Shown: positions 23,602 through 37,286 of the stretch, piece by piece
How positions within the stretch are numbered: the stretch's first letter is position 1
How the letters are laid out: each line of letters starts with the position of its first letter
Assembly (NCBI GenBank): GCA_964016885.1
Contig: OZ024741.1
Span: forward strand, 296,918,001-296,982,000
DNA length: 64,000 nucleotides
Source: Eledone cirrhosa
Lineage: Eukaryota
Reading direction: 5' to 3'
Made by a program: the position numbers and the translations under genes
Notes under the pieces: model-generated
The model's database searches: none
The model's input: the letters and a program-made list of their open reading frames with translations, nothing else
What the model was told of the DNA's origin: nothing

Positions 23602-25509
23602 ATGAACGCTGCGTTCAACGATAATGGTGGTGGAGAGTCGGTAAGACTACATAGCTCTCAGTCAACATCGTCTTCTTCCCTAGATACTATGGAGATGGAA
23701 AGACGAAATGAAATTGTAAAAACAAATTCATATCCAAACAACACAAATGATACCAAACAGTTCAATGACAACAAAAATAACAACAACAACACCAATAATG
23801 ATGATAAAAACAACAATGACAACAACAACAACAACAAAGAAAAAAATATAGACAACACCAATAACACCAGCATCAAAGACAACAACAACACCAACACCAA
23901 GGAAAATACGAATAATATCAACATCAGTGACAACAAGAATAACAACAACAATAACAACAATAATGACAACACTACCAACACGAATAATTCCACAAAGAAA
24001 CCAAAAATCTCCTTTGCACAGACAGTTCAGAAAAAGGAGGAACTGACATATCTCGACATAACAAATGCCGAACAACTTTTAAAGGACGCTAGGAGATATG
24101 TCACTTTCGAAAAAAATGGTGCTTTCAGCATCAATTCTCCGGTAGAAATTCGCAAGGAAACTGCTCTCAAAACGATAGTTTTTAGGACAATTTCAAATTC
24201 TACCCGAAAACCAGTCCAATTGTCACAGAAAGAAATTGAACTGGTTTTCAAAAATTCAATGAATGATATTTCATTCATTCAAAGAAGCAAACTCTTTGGG
24301 AGTATTTCGGTACTCATGAAGGATCAATTGACGGCCCAAAATTACTCTGTGTCGCCAATTGTATCCAACCTGTATACCTTTTTCCCTACATACATGGGAA
24401 AAAGGACACAAAAGATTAAAATCACGAGTGTCACACCAAAGGTGAACATATGGTGGATAGTGTGCGGCTTCATCAATTTTGATGAAGACAGAATACTGTC
24501 AGTAGGAAAGTCCCCCAGAGATGTATTCAATGGGACTAGCGTTGAAGTTCTGGTGCAAATGAGCCCAGAGCGAATAGCAATGATCCCACAACGTGTACTC
24601 CTGGACGGACTCACCTACATAAACTTTTCGGTTGAGGGTAGGCGGCCTTCATGTTACCATTGCTTTAGCAGGGGTCACCTGAGGGCTTCCTGTCCTAAAT
24701 TAATGAGTAAAAAAAAGGCTCTTCTGCCGACACCCATCAAAACAACACAACCACCAACACCACCACAACAACAACACCAACACACAAAAATAACCACAAC
24801 AAACACAGTCCCACCCAACCCCACTCCACCAAAAACCACTTCAAAATCACATACAGACACAACAGGACCCCAATACATACCCCTCCCCAATCACACAGAC
24901 GATACAACAGATGAGGCTATCTCGCCATCACCCAGTGAAGACGAGGGAGAACCCCATCGCTCGAAAAGAAAGAAAAGACATCACAAAAGCAAAAAACCAG
25001 CAAACACTACCACAAACATACAACCACCAACACAAACAACAAAAACATCACAAACAAAACCCCCACCTCCTGAAAACAAAATACCTACAACAAAACGAAA
25101 GCACACACAAGAACTACAGACAAAAACAAACACAACACAAGAAAATTACACTTACACTTACATAAACACTGAAAACAAAATACTAATGGAGACCATCACG
25201 AACAACCCTTCGGTGAAAACCGAAGGGAAAACTTTCGCCCACTCTATTAAAAATAACAAAAAACTGAACCTAAAACTGATTAGGGTCCCTATACAAACTT
25301 ATAGGTCCCTAAAAGAAACATTTGAAAAGGATGTGGGGAATTCCTGCGTGAAACCACTTAACCGCGTCCTTCTCAAATGTCTCCCCACCCCAGACACCCC
25401 CATCCCACCAGACCCCACCCCACCGGAAACCACCACCCACCCAGACAACCCCTCCAACACCCCCATGGAAATCGTGCAGCCTGGTCCCCAGGAGACGAAG
25501 GGTGAGTGA
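23602..25509 (+). CDS. L1/Tx1 ORF1p (zinc-knuckle protein with Asn-rich and Thr/Pro-rich low-complexity tracts)
   Basis: Open frame from ATG 23602; VEGRRPSCYHCFSRGHLRASC (CX2CX4HX4C); lies directly upstream of ORF2. Confidence 0.85.
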   Translation: MNAAFNDNGGGESVRLHSSQSTSSSSLDTMEMERRNEIVKTNSYPNNTNDTKQFNDNKNNNNNTNNDDKNNNDNNNNNKEKNIDNTNNTSIKDNNNTNTKENTNNINISDNKNNNNNNNNNDNTTNTNNSTKKPKISFAQTVQKKEELTYLDITNAEQLLKDARRYVTFEKNGAFSINSPVEIRKETALKTIVFRTISNSTRKPVQLSQKEIELVFKNSMNDISFIQRSKLFGSISVLMKDQLTAQNYSVSPIVSNLYTFFPTYMGKRTQKIKITSVTPKVNIWWIVCGFINFDEDRILSVGKSPRDVFNGTSVEVLVQMSPERIAMIPQRVLLDGLTYINFSVEGRRPSCYHCFSRGHLRASCPKLMSKKKALLPTPIKTTQPPTPPQQQHQHTKITTTNTVPPNPTPPKTTSKSHTDTTGPQYIPLPNHTDDTTDEAISPSPSEDEGEPHRSKRKKRHHKSKKPANTTTNIQPPTQTTKTSQTKPPPPENKIPTTKRKHTQELQTKTNTTQENYTYTYINTENKILMETITNNPSVKTEGKTFAHSIKNNKKLNLKLIRVPIQTYRSLKETFEKDVGNSCVKPLNRVLLKCLPTPDTPIPPDPTPPETTTHPDNPSNTPMEIVQPGPQETKGE

Positions 25510-25542
25510 TCTCTTTTCCTCTTTTAACTTTTCAGCACCAAC

Positions 25543-28500
25543 ATGGCCAATATAAGAGTTGGATGTGTGAACGTACGCGGCCTGGGGATGCCCTGGAAAC
25601 AGGGCAAACTCTTAAACGACCTCAGGTCGCACAGTATGGATGTGGTACCATTTGCGAGTCCAGGATCCACAGCGAGCGACAGCTGGCCCCCATCTTCGAT
25701 GACTTTGAGATCTACGCATCTCTCTGTCAACCGGGGGGTGGGGGCGGAGTTGCCGTTTTGCTGCGGAAACGCCTGGGCCTCGTAACACAGACGGTACATC
25801 TGGACCCGGAGGGTCGACTGGTGGTCCTAGACGTTGACGGTAGTGAAGGTGGAGCCTTCAGGCTGGTGGCCGCATATGCCCCATCCGGGACACCGCGGCC
25901 AGACTTCTTCAAACGTCTAGAGATTTTTCTGGGAACGTCCCGCTCTTTGCTTTTAGTGGGGGACTGGAATGGAATCCTAGATGAACGTTGGGACTATGTG
26001 GGAGCATGTCCCGATAAAGGGGGGTGTAACAGCCTCAAACAGTTAATCGACCGATTTGACCTGGCCGATAGATATCGACTAGATTTTCCGACTGTGCCAC
26101 TGTGGACGTGGACTAATTCCAGCGGAACATCTAGATCGTACCTAGATAGGGTTCTAGTTAGAAATAAGGATAGGGACATGTTAAGCTGTCCACAAATGTT
26201 CATGGTTGCCTATTCAGATCACAAACTAGTGACCTGCATGGCCAACCTTGATAGAACCCATAGACAAGGACCCGGCTACTGGAAGCTGAACTTGTCGTTA
26301 CCGACAAGCAAAGACTACAGTAGACGGATTAGCACTTTAGTTAAACAGCACTTGACAGGGACCATTGCCAACAACAGATGGTGGTACTCTCTCAAGAGGG
26401 CAATTAGATTAGACTCGTTAGTTTTTAGTAAAGAATTAGCGTTAGATAGAAATAGAACCGAGAAAGAACTGGTAGATAAAGTAGAAGAGGCAATTAGAAG
26501 TGGCAACGTAACCAGCGTGCTAGCAACGAGAACGGCCTTGGACCAGTTCTTCGACGCAAAGCACGGGGGCTGCGTTGTCAGAAGCAAAATACGTGCTCTG
26601 GGAAACGAGGGAGCCAAAGCTGTTAGCTGGGCCCGAGTGACGGAGGCAAAAAGTGTGCGGCCTTTCAGTGGCACTTTGCTCAACTGTTCGGGCGGGGCGG
26701 CGCGCCGGGAGGGGCTATGGATTTCGGTCCATACCTCGACGGCCTACCGCGACTCTCGGACAGCGAGGCAAAGTTCTGCGAAAAGCCGATTTCAGCCGCT
26801 GAGATAGGGGACGCGCTGAGCCAATGCGGCAAACACAAATCTCCAGGTCTCGACGGTCTACCCTACGAATTTTACGTAGCAATGCTGGACTTATTCTCCG
26901 GTCTCCTGGAAGCGGTCTACTGCAACTGGCAACAGAACGGGAGAATTCCCAGTTCTGTAACCGGGGGCGTAGTCACACTAGTCAGGAAGGATGAGAATAA
27001 GGGGGATGACATAGGCAACTTCGGCCCATAACTCTGCTAAACACAGAGTTACAGATTTTGGTCAAGGTGTTGGCAAAGAGGCTGGCGCTTGTCGTCGAGA
27101 ACCTGGTGGGAGAAGCGCAGACATGCGCAATCCCGACTAGGTCCATACACGACAACCTCCACCTCATGCGATACATCATAGAGAGGGTAGGGTGTAAACC
27201 CGGCTTCAGTCGGGCCCTGATCAACTTGGATCAGTCTAAGGCTTTCGATAGGGTTGACCATCGTTACCTGGATGCCGTGCTCGAGGCAGCAGGCTTCGGA
27301 CCCGTGTTCAGGGGCTGGATTGCTGCAATGCACAACAGCAACATCTGCTCAAGGGTCATGGTGAACGGCTACTTCTCGGAACCGTTCCATATTACGCGAT
27401 CCATTCGACAGGGATGCCTTCTCTCCTCCCTTCTATACGTACTAACTCTCGAGCCACTACTGCAGAAGTTGGAGCTATTGCAGGGCATCCCTCTGGAACC
27501 GGGACTGCGGAAAGCGGCGTCGGTCTACGCCGACGACGTGACAGTAATGGTGTCGAGCGCCTCGCAAATCGAGGAAGTTGGCACCTTACTGAAGGAATAC
27601 GAAAGTTTCACAGGAGCGAAGCTGAACCGGGACAAGTCCATCGGTTTGCAACTCGGATCGTGGAGAGGCAAACCGATGCCTTCCGATGGCGTCGTCGGAC
27701 GCTGGACGGAAGGACCGGTAAAGCTGCTCGGGGTCTGGTTTGGTCCGGACCTCCAGGTGGAGAAGAACTGGAACGAAGTGACGGCCAAGGTGTTTGCACT
27801 CACCCAGAAGTGAGCCGAGTGCAAATTATCCTTGAAAGGTCGAGCAGAGGTGGCGAACACTTTTATAGCGTCCGCCATCTACTACCGCTTGACCGTCGTG
27901 CCTTGTCCAGCCAAAACGCTCGCCAAAATGGAGCGCGCGCTCTTCCAATTCCTTTGGAAGAGGTGGGCTCCTTTGGTGAGAAGATCCATCTGCTGCCAAC
28001 ACCCTTCTAACGGAGGGCTGCGGATGCCGTGGTTGACGATGCGCAAACACGCGCTCAGGCTGCGGCATCTCTACGTATTCCTCACCGGACAACCGGTGTG
28101 GGCCCCGTTCGTGAGGCGAGCCTTCCCACGACTCGTCTCGCTGACCGAGCTGCAGTCCTGGGTCAAGCAAAGACCGAGCTAAATGGGCGACTGGCACATC
28201 GAATGTTCTCAGGCGCTCACAGCCCTCTGGCAAGCGGACCCGGCGATCAGTGGAAACTCCACTTCGTCATTCTATAGAGGGTTGATCCGCAGCAAGTGCG
28301 ACGCGCGCTCGGTGAAACTCTAGGCGTAGAGGAAGATGAACTGGCCAGTCTGTTCGGTAGGACCTTCCGCCCGGGACCGATGGACAACTTCCAAAAGTCC
28401 CTGGCCTGGCAGTGCTACCGAGGAGCTCTACCAGTTCGAGACAAGCTCTACAAACATGGGCGCCCGGGCAGGGACCCTGCAAAAAAGATCTGTCCGAGGT

Positions 28501-28908
28501 GCGTGCGTAACGAAGAAACTGTCGCGCACGCATTCATACACTTCCCGAGCGTCACTGACATGTGGGGCTATGTAGAACGACTATTGTCGCGGGTGGGACC
28601 AATCCGGTTGACCACCGAGTCCATTGTCATGATCAAACCGCCACCCTCCTTCAAAAACGAAGGAGAGGCGGTTTTCCTTTGTGTGATAGCTATGGCGAAA
28701 GAGGTTGTATGGTGGACAAGGTTGAAAGGGCTGAGGTTAGACACCTTTCTCTCCGGCCAACAACTGATTCTTTTTTTTCAAATACCACTTTGGAAGAAGA
28801 ATCAGGATGGAGAGAGAGGTGCTGTACCCCAGCAAGTTTTATGAAAGGTAGGTGAAAGTGGCGAGAATGGCCCGAGTGAATGGGCCTTCTCTCTATATCA
28901 GCCTGTAG
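25543..28908 (+). pseudogene. L1/Tx1 ORF2 (APE endonuclease, RT, C-terminal Cys/His motif) with frameshifts and stops
   Basis: NVRGL, GDWN, SYLDRV, SDHK, GPGYWKLN, KSPGLDGLPYEFY, LDQSKAFDRVDH, IRQGCLLS, YADD and CPRC..ETVAHAF spread over several frames. Confidence 0.9.
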
Positions 28909-29091
28909 GTTGAGGAAAAGGAGGAGGAGAGGAAAGGAGTACAAACTCTTCGTACTCCTGGAGATGAGGGTTGCACATTTTTTCGGGGGTATGTGTTACC
29001 CATATGAACTGTCTCCCCCTATTGGGGAAAATCGACTAATTTTTTAAATTGCATTTGTGATAACATTTTACACGTTTTTATTGTATGTGTT

Positions 29092-29565
29092 TAAATTCCG
29101 CCGATCTCAGCTTTGCCTTTCATCCTTTTGGAGTCGATAAATTAAGTACCAGTTGTGTACTGGGATCGATGTCATCGACTGGACCCTAAACCCCAAATTT
29201 CATGCTTTGTGTCTATAGTAGAAATGATTATAACTGGTGAAAATTATCACCCACCACCACGACGTAATGGCCCTTTTGTGTCCTTGAGTTTGAGACCCCT
29301 CTTACACACAAACACACTCACACACACATATATACACTTTACTTTTTTCTATCCTTGGAATACGCCCATGCTGGAGCATTGCCTTGGTAAGTTACGGGGA
29401 CGTCAACAAACCAACAAGCGTGGTGGGAGGGCAAACACAGAGACATATATAAATATATACAACGGGCTTATTTTAGTTTCGGTCTATCAAATCCACTCAC
29501 AGGGCTTTGGTCGGTCCGATTGAACCCGGAAACATGTGGTTGGGAAGCAAGCTTCTTGTTACACT

Positions 29566-29570
<5 letters not shown>
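29092..29570 (+). mobile_element. SINE 3' half plus second repeat; paralogous to about 58305-58872
   Basis: gcctttcatccttttggagtcgataaattaagtaccagt core; collinear similarity with 58305-58872. Confidence 0.7.
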
Positions 29571-29626
<56 letters not shown>

Positions 29627-30940
29627 AGCACGGAATTGGTTGTGCTAACATTCTCCTGTGTATGGAGTGCCATCATTGGATAAATGGAAGATTAAGTAAT
29701 TAATTTATTAACATAAAAGAGCTATATAATCTATATGCTGAGTGCAATGAATTATGTACAGGCGATGTATGAGTTATAAATACATGTATGACTTGATGGT
29801 CAGATTAGTCTTTGTAAGTGAAAATTGATCTCTGGACTACCCTAGTGATATTTAACTTTGCCATGCAATCAGACATGCAATGACCTAGAGCTTACCAGGA
29901 GTCATATATAGAAGTGATTCTAATAAGACCCTGCCAGGTTCTGCGGGTGGACTACACTTACAAAGATCATTGATTTGGAGATCTGACTCTTCATGTAGAA
30001 TATTCGGTTGTGACACTCTATGATAGAAGGTAATCATCCTAATATGAACACCTTTTGTACTTCTTGATAGACTACACTGTAATTTATAGATAAGATACTT
30101 AAATTTAGAAATTGTTTATAACCTTATATGATAGGGACTCATTTGAAACACCATTAATATACTTTAGGATAATAAATTTAGCTATAGAAATCAGCTAGTT
30201 ACCTCCCCTTACGCATTAACTCCCCTTAATCACACACACACTTCCGGAATATAATACGATGTCAACTCTCACAACAAAAACAACCTGCTCCATAGAATCG
30301 AATTAGAGAACGACAAGCTGTGATGTTCTAGCATGGTTCACCAAGCACCTAATGTTGAATCATCGTGGATTGTGTGATGGACACGTAGTCTATAAATTGC
30401 GTTTCCTGGATTGTGAGAGTGGTGGTGTGTGCGAGGACAGTGGTGCTGTTTTGCTTCTCATTTGTAATATTTTTGATATTTTTGGTGTTTCTCTACACAC
30501 GGGCTTCTATATCGTACAGGTGTGTGTGAAAAATGCTTTACCAGTACAGCCCCCATGATGCTCTTGATTGCCTGCTTTGACTGCTTGTTTTACATGTAAC
30601 AATCTGCCGCACTATAATCTTGTATAAATAGGACACGCGTGCATGCCTCACGTGTGACTGTTGCATACACTGGCTACTCCAAACTTTCCTCTTGCTTTAT
30701 CTTCGCAAACTGCCAATGTTTTATTTTAATTTTAATTTTAATTTTAATTTTAATTTTAATTTTAATTTTAATTTTAACTTTAATTTTGTCCTTTAATATG
30801 ACTGTAATCTTTGTATGTAAATTGCCATGCTATATTATTATAATGGATGTCAACCCACTGTGGGTCAATATATACATATGTTTCTATATGTCTCTTGTGT
30901 TGAAAAGGAGGTCAAGTATGTAAAAAAATCACTGAATAAT

Positions 30941-30987
30941 TGCTCCGAAGACTCCAAACCTCGGTTTGGAAGAAACAATTGTAAGCA
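30941..30987 (+). ncRNA. Hammerhead-like motif with one core substitution, followed by AATAAA (pLTR relic)
   Basis: tgct-CCGAAGA-c-tccaaacc-tc-ggtttgga-a-GAAAC-aatt-GTA-agca; stems I and II pair. Confidence 0.55.
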
Positions 30988-31187
30988 AATAAATGATTTA
31001 AACAGAACTTTGATTCATGTAATTTATATATAACTGCTCTGTAAAACAACTGATGTTGTTACATTGAGCTATTTATCTTACTGGTAATAAGATAGTAATA
31101 AATTACTGTCTTTCACTATTTAGGGTTTAAAATATATATAACTATAAAAGGTTTTAGTATATACATAACCATAAATAGTATCCTTAA

Positions 31188-31263
<76 letters not shown>

Positions 31264-31273
31264 GAGTATATAT

Positions 31274-31600
31274 ATTGTTATACTTGGGGAGGGTCATATT
31301 GTCATAATATTGCCAGAAATAATAACAGAATACACTCACTGTTTGGTTGGTTTTCGCTTCTGTATCTTTTATATCTCCATAGTTAATTTATCCGGCAACC
31401 AATGTTTATCATTGATTGACCAACGGTTAAAAATACAGATATAAATATAAATATATAATCTATCAAAGTCCTTTCGTCACACATCTTCGACATTATCAGT
31501 GGTACTATTATGTTTCCTCCCGTTGTATTGTAATGCCTACGCCATTTTTATTTAATTTATTTTTAAATAAATTAAATAAAAATGGCGTAGGTATTACAAT
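31274..31600 (-). mobile_element. Solo pLTR of the Penelope-like family at 59-62 kb, ending in a fold-back palindrome
   Basis: Homologous to about 58983-59295; 31527-31600 is a near-perfect hairpin. Confidence 0.7.
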
Positions 31601-31611
31601 GTGTGTGTGTG

Positions 31612-31670
<59 letters not shown>

Positions 31671-31676
<6 letters not shown>

Positions 31677-32565
31677 CAAGGTTTAGCAAATAAGAAAAAG
31701 TTTCAAAATAAATTTCAAAAAATTCACTGTACTTACTATGGTTACCTTTACCGAATCGGTTTCGAGTCTCAAAAATAAATGGATAGTCCTTGCGGGCTTC
31801 TATTGAAAAGATAAACTCTCGTCAGAAGGTTCTTTTCACTCGGAGAATATAAAATTCCCGAGTTCAAATTACGAACTGGTGCTCTATTCAAAATTGTTCC
31901 CGAGATGAGAATGAATGATGTGGAAGCAATTCTGTCCAGTGCCGTGTGCAAAGATAGAAGGCAGAGGCAGGGAGGTCAATCTACTACCACTATAAATAGC
32001 AGTAGTCAAAACGACCAAATTTCATCTCAACCAGGGGTAGATTAATAATAATAAAGTATATATCCCTACATGCAAAAAACGTATAGGGACACATGTATTA
32101 TCCAACCATATGCCAACGTGGTTCAATGGCAGGTTAATAAATTAACGAGCCAGAACATATATAATCAAGGTTTAGCAAATAAGAAAAAGTTTCAAAATAA
32201 ATTTCAAAAAATTCACTGTACTTATTATGGTTACCTTTACCGAATCGGTTTCGAGTCTCAAAAATAAATGGATAGTCCTTGCGGGCTTCTATTGAAAAGA
32301 TAAACTCTCGTCAGAAGGTTCTTTTCACTCGGAGAATATAAAATTCCCGAGTTCAAATTACGAACTCTATTCAAAATTGTTCCCGAGATGAGAATGAATG
32401 ATGTGGAAGCAATTCTGTCCAGTGCCGTGTGCAAAGATAGAAGGCAGAGGCAGGGAGGTCAATCTACTACCACTATAAATAGCAGTAGTCAAAACGACCC
32501 AGTTTCATCTCGACCAGGGGGAGATTAATAATAATAAAGTATATATCCCTACACGCAAAAAACGA
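31671..32565. repeat. Tandem direct duplication of a ~488-bp unit (second copy partial)
   Basis: 31671-32158 repeats almost identically from 32159. Confidence 0.9.
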
Positions 32566-32584
32566 ATATATATATATACATATA

Positions 32585-33298
32585 TTAAAATATCAGATTA
32601 AAGTTTAAACAAAGAATCGCTGCTTTCACCCTTAATGGGATCTTCTGAAAGAGTGAAAGCAGCGATTCTTTGCTTAAACTTTAATCTGTTATTTTAATAA
32701 ATATTTGCTCTAGGGTTCTTAAATATCACAAGGCCAGCAATTACCCAGTTCATTACTGGTACTTTATTTTATCGACCCGGTAAGGATGAAAGGTGAAGTT
32801 AACCTCGACGGGATTTGAAAATAACATTCGATTCGTTTGCAATTATGCAAACAAGCCTCAATTTTATAGCCATGTCAGTAGAATGAACACTTCATTCTTG
32901 CTCTCATGCTGACATGTGAACAGAACTGCAGACTATAATGTTTCTGGGTATCATCCTTCATCAGTACAACTGATTGTTCACCTGCCAAATGAACTGTACT
33001 GATGAAACATTAGTGTCTGCAGTTCTGTTCACATGCCAACACAAGAGCAAGAATGAAGGGTTAATTCTACTGACATGGCTATAAAATTGAGACTTGTATG
33101 CATAATTGCAAACGAATCGAATGTTATTATTAATATTCGAAAAACTCAGATTACATAGCAAAGAGTTACGACCTTTTATGGTCTGAGTTCAAATCCCGCC
33201 GAGGTTAACTTTGCCTTTCATCCTTACGGGGGTCGATAAAATAAAGTACCAGTAATGTACTAGGTAATTGATGGCCTTGTGCCAAACGTAGAAACAAT
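32585..33298. repeat. Nested fold-backs: inverted pLTR pair (32585-32722), inverted SINE pair (32728-32820 and 33180-33298), and ~115-bp inverted arms (32821-32935 and 33015-33128)
   Basis: Reverse-complement matches read directly. Confidence 0.75.
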
Positions 33299-33378
33299 TA
33301 TATATATATATATATTATATATATGCATATATTCATATATATACATATGCATATATACATATATATATGCATATATAC

Positions 33379-33455
<77 letters not shown>

Positions 33456-33459
<4 letters not shown>

Positions 33460-36400
33460 TTGGGTATGACATTAAACTACATCCAGTGGCAAGGCTCCAG
33501 TTCGAGAGTTCAGGAGATGTGGGGAATATGGAGTTACCCCTTAGTTGTCATGACTCCCAGGTCTGCCCTGGCCCGGGGTGGTAGTACCTGTTAGGGCTCC
33601 ATTTATGGGTTAAATAACTACCTTATTCGAGTGGCGCCGGTAAGGTATTGTCAGCCATTGAAAAGAAATATGGAGAGTCGATCTAACAGCACTAGGGTTA
33701 GAGCCCCTAATTACACTGTCAAGGAGCAGCCTGGTCGTTATGACTCTGCTGGCTTAGAGCCACAGAGAGGACCAGTGGATGATGGATCAGCTGTCTCTGA
33801 GACAAATATAAAGAATGCAGTTTTGTCCTGCAGAAGAGCCATCAAAATGGGCACTTTGAATGTGAGGACTATTCGAACGCTGGAGAAGAGAGAGGAGTTG
33901 GGACATCTGTTCGAGGAGAGTGGTATACAGATACTTGCGATCCAAGAACACAGGATTCTACACGATGAGCCCGTGAGGAGTGTGATGATCGGGAGGAAGA
34001 GCCAGCTCATCACTACATCGGCAGTGAAGAACACAACAAATGCTGCAGTAGGAGGAGTGGGTTTTGTGTTCAGTGCAAAAACCAATCTGTTGGTGAGGGA
34101 AATAATGCCTATCTCCCCGCGAGTGTTGAGGGTGACCTTCAATGGAAACCCAAGACTGACAGTCATCTCAGCCTATAGTCCAACCGAGGGGGACAGTGAT
34201 GTGAATGCCGAGGAGTTCCATGAGGAAGTGTGTAGAGCTGTCAACACCACTCAGGCACACAATATCCTGCTTGTTTTGGGGGACTTCAATGCACATCTGA
34301 GTAAGGAGGGCAGTGAAGATCCTTGCTGGTACTTCCATAACAACACCAACCGAAATGGAAGACTACTGAGAGACACCCTTCTGGAGGCGAACTTGATGGC
34401 GACCAACCTAGGGTTTAGGAAGAATCTGGGGAAGATGTGGACCTACATCTCAGATGTGCACCTGTCCAAGTCCCAGATTGATTTCATTCTGGTGAGGAAA
34501 AAGTGGCGGAATAGTGTTCTGAACACGGAACCATACAGCTATTTCAGTACACTGGGTAGTGACCACCGGCTTGTTATGAGTGAGGTCCGCGTGAGCTTAA
34601 GAAAGAGCAAGGCTCAGCCCCGGAGAACAATCTATGACTGGGGAGCTTTCAAGGAAGATGATAAGCTACAGGAGAGGTTCACAGTGGAAGTGAGAAACAG
34701 GTTTAGTGCTCTGTGTGGAGAGTCAGAGGAGAGAGAGATTGGATGGACTGAGGAGAGTGTGACGAGGAGGTACGGGCACTTCACCAATGCAGTGGCGAAA
34801 GCAAGTGAAACCCTGGTGCCGAGGAAAAAGAACAAAGGGAAGCACGTCAGCTCTGCAGACCCAAAAGTGTGTGCAGCCAGAGAACACCTGAAAGCTGCCA
34901 GGGACCAATTCTATGCTGATCCTACGGAGGAGAGGATGGAGACTGTGGAGGTGATGAGGGAAGAGCTCTGTACCGCTTACACTGAGGTCAGAGAGGAGGC
35001 ACTGATAGAGAAGATCAGAAGTGTGGAGAGAGCGGTTGACAGATCTGGATGTAAGGAGAGCTGGATGATCATCAACGAGATCACAGGGAGGAAGAAAAGG
35101 TGTTCGAGTCAGATCCAGGGAACGGGGCCCGAGGATAGGAAGAGGAAATGGCTAGACCATTTTAGGACCCTACTAGGAGAGCCACCCTCCACAGCCCAGA
35201 GCACTGGGGAGATCAGGCGGCTGTTTGAGGAACTGGATGTTGAGACAGAGCCCTTCACCAGAGAGGAGCTTCAGAGAGCCAAGAAGAAGATCAAGGAGGG
35301 CAAGGCTCATGGAGAAGATGGAGTAGCATCAGAGGTGATGAAGTGGTGTGATTTTGATGATATCATCCTGGGGTTCTGTAACGGGGCACTGGAGAAAGGA
35401 GTTGCCCCGAATCAGTGGAGGATCAGTAACATCGTCCCAGTGCCAAAGAAGGGAGATCTCTCTAACACCAACAACTACCGAGGGATCTCACTGACGTCAC
35501 TTGTGGCAAAGACCCTCAACAGGATGATTCTTAACAGGATCCAGCCTGAGATGGAGAAGAAGCTCAGGGACAACCAGAACGGCTTCAGAGAGGGTAGATC
35601 AACCACCAGTCACATCCTGATGCTGAGGAGGATATTAGAGGGAGCTAGAGCAAAGTGCCTTCCTGCGGTCATGGTTTTCATTGACTTTAGGAAGGCCTTT
35701 GATTCTGTGGACCGTTACTGCCTGATGAAGATCTTACAGGCTTATGGAATCCCCAAGAGGATAGTGGACCTGATATCACTGCTCTACACCAACACCAAAG
35801 CCCAAGTCATTACACCTGATGGGATGACAGAGTTCTTTGAGATACTGGCTGGAGTGCTCCAGGGAGATACATTGGCTCCCTACCTTTTTATCATCGTAGT
35901 GGACTATTGTATGCGCCTTGCACTGGAGAAACACCAGGACTCTGGCTTTACTGTAGCACCGGCTCAGAGCAGGAGAGTTGGGGCGAAAAGGGTATCGGAT
36001 GCTGAATTTGCCGACGACATAGTTTTGGTGACAAATACAGTGAAGGAGGCAGAGGATTTGATGCGGGAGGTTGAGACTGTGTCGATGAGTGTGGGGCTGA
36101 GAATGAATGAGACTAAAACAAAATATCTGGTAGAGAATGTTGAGAAGCCAGAGGGGATCACTAATGTAGGCGGGAAGCCGCTGGAATTGGTTGAGGACTT
36201 CCTGTATTTGGGAGCAAAGATTGGGAATACGGAAGATGATGTGGTTGAGAGGAAGAGCAAGGCCTGGGCGGTGTGCCACAGCTTGAGATCGGTGTGGAAG
36301 TCGGACCTTCGTAGAGACCTGAAAGTCCGCCTCTTCATTGCTGTAGTGGAGTCTGTGCTGCTGTGTGGGTCTGAGACTTGGACACTGACCAAGAGACTCA

Positions 36401-36780
36401 CTCAGATGGTGGATGGGTGCTACACGAGAATGCTGAGGATGGCTCTGAACATTAATCAGTATACACTGAGGATGAAAAACTCAGAGCTGTATGGGAGCCT
36501 CCCAAAAGTCAGCTCAAAAGTGACACAGAGGAGACTGAGGTTGGCTGGACATGCTCACCGACATCCAGAGTTGACATTGCACTCCGTGCTCCTTTGGGAG
36601 CCCCTACATGGACACACTGGAAGAGGAAGACCAAGGTTAACATATGTTGATGCCCTAAGGACAGACACTGGTCTGTTGGAGACGCAGGACATGGCAGCGA
36701 TAATGAGGGACAGAGACCGCTGGAGAGAACTCGTCCATGGATCTCGGGAATTTTACCCGCCTTAGATAGATAGATAGATA
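33456..36780 (+). mobile_element. Near full-length, ORF-intact RTE-clade LINE inserted in a (TA)n field
   Basis: About 210-nt 5' UTR, a single ORF, and a stop running straight into a (TAGA)n tail; TA microsatellite on both sides. Confidence 0.92.
33670..36765 (+). CDS. APE endonuclease-reverse transcriptase (1031 aa from first ATG)
   Basis: GTLNVRT, LAIQEHR, YSPT, GDFNA, QIDFIL, GSDHRL; [59 protein letters not shown]. No stops or frameshifts. Confidence 0.95.
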   Translation: MESRSNSTRVRAPNYTVKEQPGRYDSAGLEPQRGPVDDGSAVSETNIKNAVLSCRRAIKMGTLNVRTIRTLEKREELGHLFEESGIQILAIQEHRILHDEPVRSVMIGRKSQLITTSAVKNTTNAAVGGVGFVFSAKTNLLVREIMPISPRVLRVTFNGNPRLTVISAYSPTEGDSDVNAEEFHEEVCRAVNTTQAHNILLVLGDFNAHLSKEGSEDPCWYFHNNTNRNGRLLRDTLLEANLMATNLGFRKNLGKMWTYISDVHLSKSQIDFILVRKKWRNSVLNTEPYSYFSTLGSDHRLVMSEVRVSLRKSKAQPRRTIYDWGAFKEDDKLQERFTVEVRNRFSALCGESEEREIGWTEESVTRRYGHFTNAVAKASETLVPRKKNKGKHVSSADPKVCAAREHLKAARDQFYADPTEERMETVEVMREELCTAYTEVREEALIEKIRSVERAVDRSGCKESWMIINEITGRKKRCSSQIQGTGPEDRKRKWLDHFRTLLGEPPSTAQSTGEIRRLFEELDVETEPFTREELQRAKKKIKEGKAHGEDGVASEVMKWCDFDDIILGFCNGALEKGVAPNQWRISNIVPVPKKGDLSNTNNYRGISLTSLVAKTLNRMILNRIQPEMEKKLRDNQNGFREGRSTTSHILMLRRILEGARAKCLPAVMVFIDFRKAFDSVDRYCLMKILQAYGIPKRIVDLISLLYTNTKAQVITPDGMTEFFEILAGVLQGDTLAPYLFIIVVDYCMRLALEKHQDSGFTVAPAQSRRVGAKRVSDAEFADDIVLVTNTVKEAEDLMREVETVSMSVGLRMNETKTKYLVENVEKPEGITNVGGKPLELVEDFLYLGAKIGNTEDDVVERKSKAWAVCHSLRSVWKSDLRRDLKVRLFIAVVESVLLCGSETWTLTKRLTQMVDGCYTRMLRMALNINQYTLRMKNSELYGSLPKVSSKVTQRRLRLAGHAHRHPELTLHSVLLWEPLHGHTGRGRPRLTYVDALRTDTGLLETQDMAAIMRDRDRWRELVHGSREFYPP

Positions 36781-37197
<417 letters not shown>

Positions 37198-37286
37198 ACT
37201 AGGGAGAGGATCAGGGGTGTATAACACTCCACTTATCCAGCAGGCAGTATAAGGTTAGCTCGATGTCTGAGGACAGAGCCGTGATA

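Larger units (their letters stand above)
23375..29090 (+). mobile_element. Full-length L1/Tx1-clade LINE (ORF1 intact, ORF2 disrupted)
   Basis: Starts after (TCTA)n with ccagacgtgtg; ORF1 with CCHC knuckle; ORF2 with APE-EN and RT; T-rich 3' UTR. Confidence 0.88.

Noticed and set aside
29600-30300. Possible decayed GIY-YIG remnant upstream of the 30941 hammerhead
   Set aside because: Too degenerate to read a convincing motif.
33456-33630. Possible HDV-like or twister ribozyme at the RTE 5' end
   Set aside because: I could not assemble the required pseudoknot by eye; this needs a covariance-model search.
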